A stretch of 54,852 bases of DNA. Origin: Octopus bimaculoides. Taxonomy: Eukaryota. Shown piece by piece: positions 12,388-25,555 of the stretch. The stretch is taken from NCBI RefSeq assembly GCF_001194135.2, contig NC_068985.1, positions 78,099,007-78,153,858 on the forward strand, written 5' to 3'. Under the pieces are notes generated by a model. The model was not told where the DNA came from. It worked only from the letters and a program-made list of their open reading frames with translations, and did no database searches. Position 1 is the stretch's first letter; every line of letters starts with the position of its first letter. The translations under genes and the position numbers were made by a program.

Positions 12388-13236
12388 CTTTGAACTTGGT
12401 GACAATGGTTTCCACATGTGACCACCCTTGATTAGCTTGACTGAGTTGAGTGCCAAATGGAATTGGCCAATAACACAATGTCTGGAATATTTATCAAAGT
12501 CTTTGACTAAAATCTCAAGAATTCTCATCTGAGCTTCTTTATAAGGAATCTCAAACATGAAATATTCGTTCCAAGTTGGGTCCTGTGTCTTGCGCTGTAC
12601 TGTTGACTGCTGCGAGTTCTTTTGGTCTGGAAGCAAGGAGATCTTGCAGTAAGGGTTCGACCGGGCCATATCTTGACGTTCCTTATCCAGGCAGTACGGT
12701 GCCGGTAAGTCTTTAGCCTCGATAATTTTAACCATAAGGACCTTTTCTGACACATCATATTGAAGTCCGAAGTGGATCTGACCGAGTTGATACCTGACTA
12801 GTTTTTGTTCATCGGTTAACCCCTCGCTCTTGTTTACCTCGTACAGTTCTCGCTGGAAATTTTCGACACTGATTTCCGCTTCACTCGGATGACGCCGTTT
12901 TGGACGTGGTTGAATGCTCTCGCGATTTGCTGCCCAGAATTCTATCGGTTTCATATCGATGATGGGTGTCTTACCGGCGCGTCGATAATCATTCATCAGC
13001 GTTCCTGTAGACGACGTAGAGTCTGTACGGGCACGGCTGTCGATCGAGTCGACGCGATCCCGTGACGAGATGCTCTCGCTGTGACTGCTCGTCGAGTCAA
13101 GACGGGGATTATGCACTGAATGCTGGATGTCACTTTTCGAGATTTTTTTCTCCTGAAACCAGTGACAGTCGCAGCAGCTCTTCACACCTTGTTGGCAGCA
13201 TAAAAACTCCCATAACTTCTGGAGAAGCTTCTGTGG
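12388..13236 (-). CDS. SYT17: Synaptotagmin-17 large exon: Cys-rich N-terminus, linker and complete C2A domain
   Basis: ORF 12208-13185 carries SYT17-type motifs PIIDMKPIEF, LTDEQKLVRYQLGQIHF, RQDMARSNPYCKISLLPDQKNS, DFDKYSRHCVIG and KGGHMWKPL. The frame extends upstream through PQKLLQKLWEFLCCQQGVKSCCDC to the acceptor ttgtAG (13238-13237). Donor GTAAGA at 12387-12382. 849 nt, phase 0/0, no TM segment. Sequence after 12388 in the ORF track is intron read-through. Confidence 0.93.
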
Positions 13237-14948
13237 CTACAACAGTGGAAAGAGAAAACAAATAAGAATATATATTATATACACATATGTATACATACAT
13301 CTATAAAATACTTAATGAACAATGGAGACAATGAAGTCCTTCGACCCTTCAAAATGCCAACAAAACTGTTAAGTTACATTTCTATGGAAAATATAACACA
13401 TGCGATCAGCACTTGCCCCAAAATATAATTAAGGTAGTACCTTCTAAAGCAGCGTACTCTTTTTAACCTTTTAAGTCTTGTGCATAACGTGTAATACACA
13501 GGACATTTATCCCTGGTGTCCATGCACCATATATGATACACATTACCATTTTTTTTTCAGCCACCAGAGTAACTTGGGACATATGACAGAGAAGCTTTAT
13601 ATTACTAAGAACATAAGAAACAGGGTTTAAATAAAAATCTGAAAACAAGCGTGGACGTTTAGACAAACTTATGAAAATACTTTATACAAGCAAAGAGTTA
13701 ATAAAAAAAAATATCATAGCATCTGTGAGAAAATCTGTCCTGGGATGAATATAACACATTTCTGTTACTGAAAACATATATTATACATTTGAATACAAGG
13801 AGTATTAACAGAGTATTCTCCTCAAAATTTGTCGAAGTCCAGATAAAGCTCACTACATCGTATAACTGCTTCCACATCTGGACCGGTGCTACTACTACAC
13901 ATACCGGCATCAGAAATCACATCCCAAATATTCCACCTAGACTGATTCATATAAATTATCTTATCAAGTTATTCAAAATCTCACATCATGTCATTCAAAA
14001 CTATAGCCCTTAAACGTGCTGTCTTCTCTTCTTGCTTCTTTTACCACTACTTTAGCGGCTTCTGCTCCTAGATCCGAAATAATCTCAATTCAGGCATATC
14101 CTACTCTTTCGTCTCTTCTCTCATTACCTATTTTGTGGCCTTCTCTCACCTTAACATTCACCATTACTCTTAGCCCTTCCCTCTCGGAACGTTCTCCTTC
14201 CGTAATCCCCACCCCACAGAAAATGCCCTTACTGCAGCTTTTCACATGCAACTGCTAAAGAGGAACATTAACCGCACCACTTTTGCCAAGCTTAGAGAGA
14301 CTGCAAATACTAGAGACACAGTCCCTTCCTCCAGCCCCATCCCACATACCAATGAAAACAATAAACATAGAAAAGTAAAGTAAATACGGACACACCATGC
14401 TTAATATAGTTCTTTGGGTAGAAAAGAAAATTATGTTCAGTTATAAATGTCAATTGCCTTGCAGATTTAAATGTTTCTTTCAAAATTAGTGGAGAAAAAT
14501 ATTTCACTATCAGCTGTTTCAAAACAGCTTCTCTATCCAGACTGCACGTGCTCATTTTCCCCAATAATTATTACTGCATACAGTTATGTTACTAAAGTCC
14601 AAAGTGAAACACTGAGGTTTTTCAACTAAGAAAGCGACCAGCTAACATGCATTTTATAAAATACAGTTTGTAAGCGGAACAGTAGAATTTTGCAAAACTT
14701 TTCTAAAATGAAGTTTTCTAATTCTTAATCTTTGTTATCCAAATTGCAGCGAAGGGTAGTTATCCTTTTGTTACAAACCAATTGAGAATACAAATAATTA
14801 ACACAGGAAGATCACGTACACGTACATAGACACACAAACACATATGTACATACATGCACGCATACGTAAATACATGTGTACGTGCATTTAAATATAAATG
14901 CATACATGAATCTACACATAAATACATGAGTACATACATATCTGTGTA

Positions 14949-14979
<31 letters not shown>

Positions 14980-15411
14980 TTAGATAGTTTCATCAGGAAA
15001 GTTTATTCTATTTGATGACGTATTACTTGTTAAGGATGCAACCGACGTTATATGTTATATAAGAACTATTCTACTTTGTAGCAGTTTCCCATCACCGATC
15101 AACTGCCAAAGGCTGCTTACAAGTCGGAAATAGGATGAAAGCCTTGATACTTTGAATTTCTGATTCAAAGTATGGTCTAATATTTTCCTGTCATTCATGT
15201 AGTCTTTTATATTACTGTATGATATATCATCTATCATTCTTATGATATTGTATTAAGTAGAAGGGAAACAGATATGATATATTGAGCGAATGACATGACA
15301 CTATATTATGTATAAATGTATGTATGTATGTTTGTATGTGTGTGTGTGTATGTATGTATGTATGTATGTATGTATGTATGTATGTATGTATGTATGTATG
15401 TGTGTGTGTGT

Positions 15412-15585
15412 GTAGGCGCAGGCGTGGCTGTGTGATAAGAAGCCTGCTTTCTTACCACATGGTTCTGAGTTGTCTCACTGTGTGGCGGCTTGGGCAAGTG
15501 TCTTCTACTATAGCTCCAGGCCAACCAAAGCCCTGTGAGGTGGATTTGGTAGACGGAAACTAAGAGAAGCCTGTCGTATATATCC
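15412..15585 (+). mobile_element. tRNA-derived SINE family A head
   Basis: ggcgcaggcgtggctgtgtgataagaag..ttgggcaagtgtcttctactatagc..ggatttggtagacggaaactaagagaagcc; multi-copy in the window. Confidence 0.75.
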
Positions 15586-15619
15586 ATATCCTCTGAAAGA
15601 TGAACTGTGAACTTTATTT

Positions 15620-15960
15620 TCTTATTTCCTTACTATCTACTCGTCTATCTTATTGCTTATTATCTACGAATTTTCTATGTCTAGATCTTTTATCTGAATA
15701 TTTCCATGTCTGGATCTTTCATATGTTCTCTACTTGTCTTTGATGACAGGATACCCCATATTCAAGCATACTCGCCTATCACTAGGGATATCCCAGAAAC
15801 AGCTGTAAAACTTCAGCTAATTATAATGTATACAACTTGAGGTGTTTGTTATGTCTCTGCGTTTGTTGTCCTCTTTCACAAATATATATCTGTTAGATCG
15901 GAAATCTAAAATTGATCCACTGCTCCCGTCTCAGTTACGAAGTTGGAACCCTGATTAGTC
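15620..15960 (-). mobile_element. CR1/L2-type LINE, decayed RT C-terminal fragment
   Basis: Minus translation resembles ..RPxLEY..W.P...KDI..LE.VQ..AT (gcgagtatgcttgaatatggg); several stops. Confidence 0.4.
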
Positions 15961-17773
15961 GTTGTAGCACTTACTCAGCGTACCTATTCGTTTAGATTAC
16001 CAAGGAACTAAACCCCATATTCTGTGTATGTATGTATGTATGTATGTATGTATGTATGTATGCATGTATGTATGTATGTATGTATGCATGTATGTATATA
16101 TATNNNNNNNNNNNNNNNNNNNNNNNNNNNNNNNNNNNNNNNNNNNNNNNNNNNNNNNNNNNNNNNNNNNNNNNNNNNNNNNNNNNNNNNNNNNNNNNNN
16201 NNNNNNNNNNNNNNNNNNNNNNNNNNNNNNNNNNNNNNNNNNNNNNNNNNNNNNNNNNNNNNNNNNNNNNNNNNNNNNNNNNNNNNNNNNNNNNNNNNNN
16301 NNNNNNNNNNNNNNNNNNNNNNNNNNNNNNNNNNNNNNNNNNNNNNNNNNNNNNNNNNNNNNNNNNNNNNNNNNNNNNNNNNNNNNNNNNNNNNNNNNNN
16401 NNNNNNNNNNNNNNCAAGGCGGTGTTCGAACATGGCCGCAGTCAAATGAGTGAAACAAATAAAAGAATAGAAGAAGGAATTAACTCTCCCTTTCTGGTTT
16501 TGAGAAGCCTAATTTCTCAAGATTGGTGCTTAGGGAGTTTGTTACATAGCCCTCTGTACCACAATACTTATAGGTATAAACCTAAATGTGTAATACGGGT
16601 AGAGTGACAGTAGATTTCTCAATAGGTCAGTGTAAGTGTTTTCTTTTTCGCTAATCTCTAGCTTTATGTATGTATGTATGTATGTATGTATGTATGTATG
16701 TATGTATGTATGTATGTATGTATGTATGTAGGTAGGTAGGTAGGTAGGTGTATATGTGTATGTCTGTATGTGCCTAAGTGTGTGTGTGTGGATGAATAAA
16801 TACCTCATGCTTACACATGTAGATATACCACTTAGTTTAAAGTCAAGGACAATATGTTTACTAAGTGCTAATTATTTCATTTAATCACTTACAATACAAA
16901 CTAAACATAACAAGGAAGAGAATTTTTGTTTCTTTACTATTTCAAATGACGTATAAACCAATAATTAACAATATTAGTGAAAGACCTCCAAAGTTGAACG
17001 ACACCTAATTTAAAAGCATTTAAGATAAAACAATGTTTCGAATTTAATTTTCGATATTATTTTCTATCTAAGACAAACTATGAATAACTAATTGATTTAT
17101 GTCATCTTAACATATGTTATGACTGATAAATGAAAAAAAAAAAGAAAGTTTATCATCAGAAATGCGATTGAGAATTGCCTGAATACCTAAACTTAAATGA
17201 ACTTTTAAGCCATTCTTGCCGAAACTGGACTATCAGTAATTATTAGTTATCAAGTGGACATTTACTATGAAACTAGTAGTTATTCTCCCCGTTCTTAATC
17301 AGGGCAGCAGCGATAAACTACCGAAAAGATTAGCCTATACACTTGATTTTTATCGCTGCAGAAAAGGAAAATAATTGTCGTTGACATTTTGAATGACGCT
17401 CGACAGAAATACCATCTGAAAATTAGCCTCAAAACCACAAACAATCTACTAAAATATTTGGATTTATGAGAAGTGTAGTGTTTAAATAAATATATAGTTC
17501 TCTGGAAAAGAATTGTATCCATATTTAGTTCACTAAAGAACATAGAATTGGATGCCAACCGACTGGTTGCTGAAATTTTATTTGTTCGGCTCTCGTGGTC
17601 AAGTGTACGTTCTACGTTGTACAGTAGAATTTCACCGAGAATGTATGAATCCGATAATTAAGCATGAGAGTGACAATGGTGATGCTTGGGGGTTGCATGT
17701 CTAGAAAGGGGGTTGGTCCATACACCATGAACAATGCAAAAAACACTATACTTCTATATACATGAGCATTTTG

Positions 17774-18273
17774 GGATCTATTTTAAAACGGGGGCGCCAG
17801 TTTTCATTTATGTTTTATGTAGTGTTTTTGGTACCGAAAGACTTTCAAACTTCGTATACTTATCTATTTTGTGTTATAGAACAGAAAAATATTTTTGTAT
17901 TCGAATTTATTTCATGTAAAAAATTGTCTTATCTCTGACGTCTATTCATTTGAAAACAGTTAGCGCTGTAACGGTGTATATCGTATTAATCCCCTAACCC
18001 TAACCCTAAAACTAACCCTAACTCTAGAATCCGAACTCTAAAATTGTTACACACATAGATACGCACAGTGTAATTTATTATATAAACAATATATGCGTAT
18101 AAATTACGATTAAACTGGATGAAATANNNNNNNNNNNNNNNNNNNNNNNNNNNNNNNNNNNNNNNNNNNNNNNNNNNNNNNNNATGACACATTCTACCAG
18201 TGTCCCAAGTTTCAAAGTGTTTCGTTAGTGTTTCGTTAAGAAAATACTGGCGCCCCCGTTTTAAAATAGATCC
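17774..18273. mobile_element. Non-autonomous TIR element (MITE), 28-bp TIR and 8-bp TSD, Merlin-like; internal CCCTAA repeats
   Basis: Perfect TIR GGATCTATTTTAAAACGGGGGCGCCAGT at both ends. TSD GCATTTTG at 17766-17773 and 18274-18281. Confidence 0.9.
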
Positions 18274-18859
18274 GCATTTTGGTTCGATCAAAAACTTTTC
18301 AGTATAACAACGATCAAAAAAAATTCCCACGAAAATAATCTAGGAACCCATTAAAAGCAAGAACATCAACGTATTGCAATAACCAGCAGAATCTCTGGGT
18401 TTAAATCTAATAGAAAACTTAAGGAAACTTATGGTAGATATGAATATTCAACGGAAGTAATCGGGGAAATAAAGTGAATTGCATGACTATGAAACACATA
18501 TTGCAGCAGATTTATCAGGGATAATTTTGAGGAAGCTCTNNNNNNNNNNNNNNNNNNNNNNNNNNNNNNNNNNNNNNNNNNNNNNNNNNNNNNNNNNNNN
18601 NNNNNNNNNNNNNNNNNNNNNNNNNNNNNNNNNNNNNNNNNNNNNNNNNNNNNNNNNNNNNTAGGAACCCATTAAAAGCAAGAACATCAACGTATTGCAA
18701 TAACCAGCAGAATCTCTGGGTTTAAATCTAATAGAAAACTTAAGGAAACTTATGGTAGATATGAATATTCAACGGAAGTAATCGGGGAAATAAAGTGAAT
18801 TGCATGACTATGAAACACATATTGCAGCAGATTTATCAGGGATAATTTTGAGGAAGCTC

Positions 18860-20760
18860 TAAATCTAATAGATAATTAGATGAAAATAATATCAGTATAG
18901 AAATGGACGAAGATCAATTGCATCACCTTCCCAAGGTACAAAAGAATAAACGAGTTTATGAAAGAGAAAGAAATAAAACAGGGGCTTACAATAAATTACC
19001 CAATGCAACAAACCACCTTAATGTTGACATTTTGAATGATCTGTTCTATTCAACGGAAGTAGTTGTATCGAAGTAAACCGAACTTGATCCTAATAGCCAA
19101 GCATTACCACCCCACAAAATGGAAGGAAAGAATATTACATAAATTAAGAAAGGAAAGGAAGCTCTATCATTACTTTGCAAACTAGAAAAGGAAGTGGGGT
19201 CCGAAATGAAAAAGAGAAAAAAAAAGGATAACAAAAAAGATAACAAAAGAATCAGATCAATAAAAGGAGAATATATCTTAGAAGCAAAAGAATGGCTCAA
19301 ACAAAGCATAGCAGCAAAAAGAAAAAAATAGAAAAACATGCAGAATAAGACGTTTTTAAAAATATGAACGCTTCTTCCAGGAGAATAAAGTATTGCAATA
19401 AAATACTAAAAAAATTCGACTGAGACATTAACAAAAAACTATAATACTTAAAAGTACCAACGCCATCACCAACAGAAATCCAAGGTTGTTGAAAAAGAAT
19501 ACGGGGGTCAAGAGAATAAATACAATAAAAATGCTCAATGGATCAAAAAGACGAGAAAAATCCTATTAACACTGCATATATGGTCCACCATAACCGACAA
19601 GGAAATCATCATCACATTAAGAGTGGCAAGTAAGTGGAAAGCACTTGGGATCAACAAAGTCTTTCATATCTGACTAAAGCACCAGATCAGTACCAATGGA
19701 TAAATAGTAACACCTCTTAATGAAACTATAAGCCAACCAGAATCAACACCTGATTGGATGCCGAAGAAGGAAACCTACACTACTTCATCTCAGAGAATAC
19801 CACAAAACTATAGGAGGAGACCCCTTCGGTCATGAATGACCATGGGATTGCACTTAGAAAGTTACCACAAAACTATAAACCTATAACAAATTATCAGTAT
19901 ACAAAGCCTTTATATCCCACATTACATTACAAAGAGCTACATATCTGCAGAACAATAAATTGTAAGAACAGAAAGGGTGCTGAAAGGGAATGTATCGTTG
20001 TAAAGTGTAGCTACTGATAACTCACAGAAGACAGTTAAAAGAATACAAACCTTGGAATGGCTTGAATTGACTACCAGGTATATCATAAAACTGGGTGTCC
20101 AAGGTAGACGACCAATTAAATAAGATCTTACGAAGCAGACCGAATATCATGTGAGGAAGAATAAGCCTCATCGCTGAGCGAAATTAAATGCACAACCATT
20201 TTCAAAACTAACAAAGCACTAATAAGACATTTTGCTGAAAGATGGAAAGCCTTGCAGTATTTTGCCCGCTGGTCAAATGCCAATATACTACAACCAGTCA
20301 ATGAGGCCCGTGACCCGCGATAAAAAGTATCCTATCTGTGCTTTCCCAAGCCAAAGTTAGTGGCAGTCTTGGCAGATGCTTTAATTGGAAGAGCATATTG
20401 CACTATCTTCTGTTTTTTAAAATAGGGGACAAGGCAAGGTACAAACCCAAATAGAGAAGTATAAAAGTTACTGTCAGAAACATTGATAACGATGTCAATC
20501 CCTAACTGGCGCAATATGGGTAGATACAACATTCACAAGAAATTTACAGACGAATTATAGATCGAGAAGGAAATGGGATTACATTTTAAAGAACATAAGA
20601 AGGATAGGCAACTAGTACAGCCTTCGGATAGACTTAATAAAGAGTTAAATTTCAGTCATCCAGAGATGACTTAACAATGATAACTCAAAAGTTCGTCACT
20701 GAAAATTTTGGAATGTCAGGAAAGTAGATTGGAATCGAAATCAGAAAAAAATTTTGTTTA
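18860..20760 (+). mobile_element. R4/Dong-clade LINE, decayed RT region
   Basis: KWKALGINKVFHI*LK (cf. NWKAPG.D.. ..WLK), LPQNYKPIT, EQKGC*KG, LGMA*IDY and an SH..DDL remnant, in the expected order. Confidence 0.7.
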
Positions 20761-22629
20761 GATATCTTGATCAAGTTATCATATGCTTTGTCGTACGTTT
20801 GTTATTTATTCCGAGTAAATATTGCTTTATAAATTTTCAATTCGTCGAACAATAGGATTATCTGACACACACATAACAGTTCAGGGAAATAAAATCACAC
20901 GAAGATTTCAAGTTCAAACTTCACTAAAAGATGGCATTTCAAAAAACAGCAAGGGACACCAACGAGTCATTACCTAGGTGGGTCTGACTCCCTTACATTG
21001 TCAGAAACTAACGGGCCGAAAAACTTGCTTGACAGAAGTTCTCTGACGATTTCTCCTGCTGTCCGCCCGTGCCGTAGCAAATTTCCTCTTACTATAACGT
21101 CTTTTATCCTTTCCGCCATCTTTGTATAACTTGTCCGTCCCACCCTAAACATCTTTGAAAGGCCATTTGTTTAAAGTTTCTTTGTATTTTTCTGTGTCTC
21201 TTCAACTTCTTGTGGCTAATAAATTAAAGAGGTGGATGAATATTAAGAAAAATGCTTTATATTTCTTCTGGCTTTATATCTTCTGATTTCAAATCCCGCC
21301 GAGGTCAATTTTACCTTTCATCACATGGAAGGCAATAATAAAATAAAATAAAATACCAGCTAAATACTGGGTGTCATTGGAATGGACAAACTATCACCCC
21401 TCAAAATTGTGACCTTGTGCCTAACTCAGAATTCATTATAATTATTGTTGTAGTTTTTGAGAAGACAAAAAAGGATTTTATTATACTTAATTGATGAAAA
21501 AAGTTGTTTTTGTTTGTTTCTCATTCTGGAATATTGAGAAAGCCTATCGGATTTATAAAGAATCCACTCCAATTCCCTGTGGTAGAGAAGGGTTCATCTT
21601 GACATTGCTATATTTAAATGTATATGTTTCTGCGATTGACTTGCACTTGCAAAATTTACTCGTGTTGCAAGATGGCTGTCTCAGAAATAGCAGAAAGAAC
21701 TACTCGCCACAGTGGTAGTAGCAGTAACCTTATTAACGTAATGAAATACACAAGCCAATTATTTTCAATCTCGAAAACACATGAAAACAAAAAAGAAGCA
21801 GATAATGGGAAAATTAAATAAGCAGAAAGCTTCGAGCATAAATACGCAGTCACAGAATGGAAAACAATAAAAAGATAAATAGATAAATAATGTTGAAAAG
21901 AAAAAGAAAATAATAAATATAAACAGATCCAATAGTAAAAAGGAAACAACAGTTTATCTTTTGTTAACGTTATGGGTTAAAGGGAGTTCTTCGATATGAG
22001 TCAGCTCCCGGCATAAAAAAAAATGCTAAAAAACTGTTGGGGAACTGTGTTGATAATCACATCGGCTAAGAAATTTCTCCAAGAGAAAGCAAGGAGGAAA
22101 ATAGCGGACCTCCGTATTACAAATTTTGGGGAGAGTTTCCCAATGCTCTTGAAAGAACAATTAAAAGGAGAACATCTCCTCTCATGCATCTTCACGACAA
22201 TAGGAAGAAATGTGCACTCTTAGACAGGGTAGGTAACATGGAAACACACTCTGAAAAAGAGATAAAGAGACAGGTAGTAGCGTTAATACACCATATTCCT
22301 GCCCAAAGTTGGTGCCACAAAGAGTCACCGATAAAGATATTGGTACTGATGTTGACATTTGGCTTATCATATTTGCAGTACATTACAGGCAAGTGGTGAA
22401 CGCGGAAGTGACCCGCATCAGTATGTGATAAGATGGGGTTTGCATGGCACTTTTGATCATAATGACTTCGGTAGACCACAAGGATATCCCAAAATTATTC
22501 TTCATTGTGTTTCTATCGTTTAGTCAATAGAAAAAATATTTCACACGAACCCTTCCAAAGTCTCCAAAGCTAGTAGGATTGAAGAAGGAGGGTATCCTTC
22601 AACTGGAGACATGCGACAGTGCTTGAATA

Positions 22630-23170
22630 CATGCAACAGTGTGGGCACTACACCTCAGGCTCAGGTGATGGTGTTAATATGAATAATGGAGATGAGGAAA
22701 ATCAAACACAGGACACAGGAGAGAGAAACCATTTGCTACATGTATGGTAGAAACTGTTTTACAACGAACTGGTAGAAGATAAGGGTATCATGAAAGGGTA
22801 TCATGCAAAGAACTTCAAAGACACACTCAAAGCCTCACTGAAGAGCTTTGAGATCACCCCCGACACCTGGGAAATGCAAGCGCAAGGCCGTCCTGCCTGA
22901 CGAAGATGCACCAACAGAGGTGCCAACTCCTACGAACAGAACAGGACTGAAAGGGCACAAAAAGATGCACAATCCCAGAGCCAATTCCTTGCCTTCAGTC
23001 CCAGAGGACCACCAGTGCCTGACTTGCGGTTGAGCCTTCCGTTTCCGTGTATGCATTAGATTGATTGGCGACAGCCGGACACACCGTGCCCCGTCTTCTA
23101 CCATTTATTGTCCTTGGTCATCGTTGACAACGACGGACGAACTATGCTATACAACAACAACAACAACAAC
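22630..23170 (+). mobile_element. RTE (BovB-like) LINE 3' end with (ACA)n tail
   Basis: KLFYNELVE....KNFKDTLKASLKSFEITPDTWEMQAQGRPA, C-terminal zinc knuckle CLTCG*AFR..SRTHR, then a gacggacgaac end and (ACA)n. Confidence 0.85.
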
Positions 23171-23204
23171 AACATCTACTTCTACTACCACTACTACTTC
23201 TATT

Positions 23205-23410
23205 AAGGCGGCGAGCTGGCAGAATCGTTAGCACGCTGGACGAAATACTTTGTGGTATTTCGCCTGTCGCTACATTCTGAGTTCAAATTCTGTCGAGGTC
23301 GACTTTGCCTTTCATCCTTTCAGCGTCAATAAATTACGTACCGGTAGAATACTGGCGTCGATGCAATCGACTCATCCCCTCCCGCAAAATTGCTGCCCTT
23401 GTGGCAAAAT
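23205..23410 (+). mobile_element. SINE family B, near-complete copy
   Basis: ggcggcgagctggcagaatcgttagcacg..gagttcaaattc..gtcgactttgcctttcatcctttc; at least 5 copies in the window. Confidence 0.75.
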
Positions 23411-23417
23411 TTGAAAC

Positions 23418-23457
<40 letters not shown>

Positions 23458-24017
23458 GAGTGAGAGAGCAGTGTATGCCATCAAAGTGACACTAGGGTAC
23501 AAATATACGAAGCCCAATATACCCATCATGACTACCCATTTGATAAGTGTACACCAGGTACATGCATCACAACCATATGTGCGCGACATTCTGATCTCAT
23601 ATCAAGATAAACAGCGCAGGACCTCGCAGGTGGGGCCCAGTTAGAATTTTCTCCAGGCTGAGTATCCCATCTTGCTCAAAAGGTTTCTGAAGAAGGTTTG
23701 TTTAAGGATCATGAACAAAATACCCATGTTTCCAAAGGTGAATTATTGAAACTCCAAAGAATTCCTCTCAACACATGGCTATGATACTCTCTCACTATCT
23801 CTGCTCGTGATCAGTGATGCACATATCGTAAGACACTAAGGGACAACTTGCTCAACTGGTTAAGATCAAACAACTGACAAGCAAATCTGTGGTATTGAGC
23901 AGAATATTTGATGTAGCCCATCTTTTATATCAAGACAAAACAATGTACATGATAACACTTCCAATCAGTTAAGATCAAAAGCCATAAGAGCCACTGCCTG
24001 GTACTGCATCAGGGTTT
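23458..24017. mobile_element. Unclassified repeat-like insert flanked on both sides by (ATT)n
   Basis: About 560 bp of complex sequence with sharp junctions into ATT arrays at 23417-23457 and 24018-24042. Mobile origin is inferred. Confidence 0.45.
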
Positions 24018-24042
24018 TATTATTATTATTATTATTATTATT

Positions 24043-24555
24043 CAGTAGTCTTATTTTTATCACATGCTTTCACTGCACTACCGAGCGCAGCTCTGTGTTC
24101 CTTGGGTATGTGCTGTGGTTTGTTGTGGTGCTCTTATTTTCACTCTATTGAAAGTGTTTTACGTAGGATGTGTGCGGTGCCTGATAGAGCTATTTCTGTA
24201 TGTTGTAAGTCCTAGTATTTTTGTTATGTATTTGTCTGAATGTTTTTTTATCATACCTAATGCGCTTACTATAATAGAAATTGTTTCCTTTTTTAGGTTC
24301 CATATTCGAGTTACCTCTATTAGTAGTGTTGCATATCTACTAGTTTCATTAAGAATTGACAGATCTTTTCTTTTATATTATATTTTTTCTCGATACTATT
24401 TATCCACAGGGTTTGATTGGATAGTGATACTCTTGTTTGGGTGGGTTTGAGAGGGTATCCAGCTTCTTTTGTGGCCACAGAGGCTGCTGCATATATTATA
24501 TCATTTAACCAGGTCATATTGACATTTGTTTCTGAAGCTGTTAGTTCTCTTCATG

Positions 24556-24556
<1 letters not shown>
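24043..24556 (-). mobile_element. R4/Dong-clade LINE 3' end (RLE C-terminus) in (TAA)n
   Basis: Minus translation IEVTRIWNLKKETISIIVSALGMIKK (IIVGALG motif). The 3' end ..gactactgAATAATAAT runs into a TAA array; TAA array also on the 5' side. Confidence 0.75.
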
Positions 24557-24631
<75 letters not shown>

Positions 24632-24633
<2 letters not shown>

Positions 24634-25148
24634 TACTCTTAACCTGCATGTTTGTTACAATCACTTGCCGAGACACACCCAGTGTACTAGGGCCAGTGAA
24701 GGATAAGAGATGTCACAGTATGACTGAAAGCTTGGGAAGGGGATATGACAGGGGATTTAACAAAATATCTTCATATAACACCCTAAATTGATAGGGTTTT
24801 TCTAAAGATGTGGGCAGTACATGTTAGCATAATATTTTGGTTTCTCTGAGATATGGTTCTCCTGGAATATTATCTAGATGCTTTTCACATCCCTTTCTTA
24901 CTTAGGGTACCCAAGATAACAGGAACAGTTAAGATGCTACATCTTTTGTATTTCAATTTCCAGGTCCTTATATTTACTTAATTTATCAAGTTATTTACAG
25001 ATATATATTTATCAGTAAGAACATCCATTTGTTTACGAGTATTTTATTCCCTGTCTTTAATGACTATGTCTGGTCGATTAGCCTGGATCGTTCTGTCAGT
25101 GTTGACTGAAAAATCTCAGAAGATAAGTGACATTTTCCCCTTTTTACC
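24632..25148 (-). mobile_element. Second R4/Dong-clade LINE 3' fragment (RLE domain) in (TAA)n
   Basis: DRTIQANRPDIVIKD..LDKLSKYKDLEIEIQK, a PD-(D/E)xK-type RLE motif; TAA arrays on both sides. Confidence 0.8.
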
Positions 25149-25208
<60 letters not shown>

Positions 25209-25209
25209 C

Positions 25210-25555
25210 ATCACCTCCGCCTTAGCGAAGGCAGAGGGATTGTTTTCAGCCGTGTTTGTTTGTCCGTGGACAAGATATCACAAGAACCACTGAATGGATT
25301 CGGATGAAATTTTCCTGGCACGAACTGATTAGATTTTGGGATCGATCCAGTACTGGACAAGGATTCTGCATAATTTTTCCTGTTTTGTTTACTTAATTTT
25401 TGTGAGCGGTCGAGTTCATTTTTAGTATTCTCGTTTGTGAGAGCAGTCGAGTTTATTTCAGATATTCTCATTTTAAAAATCATCTCTGGCTAATCGTCGA
25501 GAGGACGTTGGTGTTGCCTTGGCGGAAGTTTGCGTTCTCTGAGTGCTCTTGTTTT
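25210..25555 (+). mobile_element. Non-autonomous Helentron/HINE-like element
   Basis: Starts acctccgccttagcgaagg and ends ccttggcggaagtttgcgttctctgagtgct (short subterminal inverted repeats ccgcc/ggcgg). Inserted in an ATT array. Family call from memory. Confidence 0.45.

Noticed and set aside
13690-14260. Possible LINE endonuclease fragment
   Set aside because: Only a faint HLNIHH resemblance to the GDFN motif; too decayed to call.
17992-18030. Telomere or chromosome fusion site
   Set aside because: Short, degenerate and internal to a TSD-flanked MITE present twice.
18341-18860. Tandem duplication of about 197 bp (also 39596-40325 and 35660-35740 vs 36695-36750)
   Set aside because: Near-identical copies directly flank N gaps; most likely unmerged contig overlaps.
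20970-21152. 60-aa GC-richer ORF MFRVGRTSY..
   Set aside because: No motif recognised and no splice support; probably a TE fragment next to the Dong relic.
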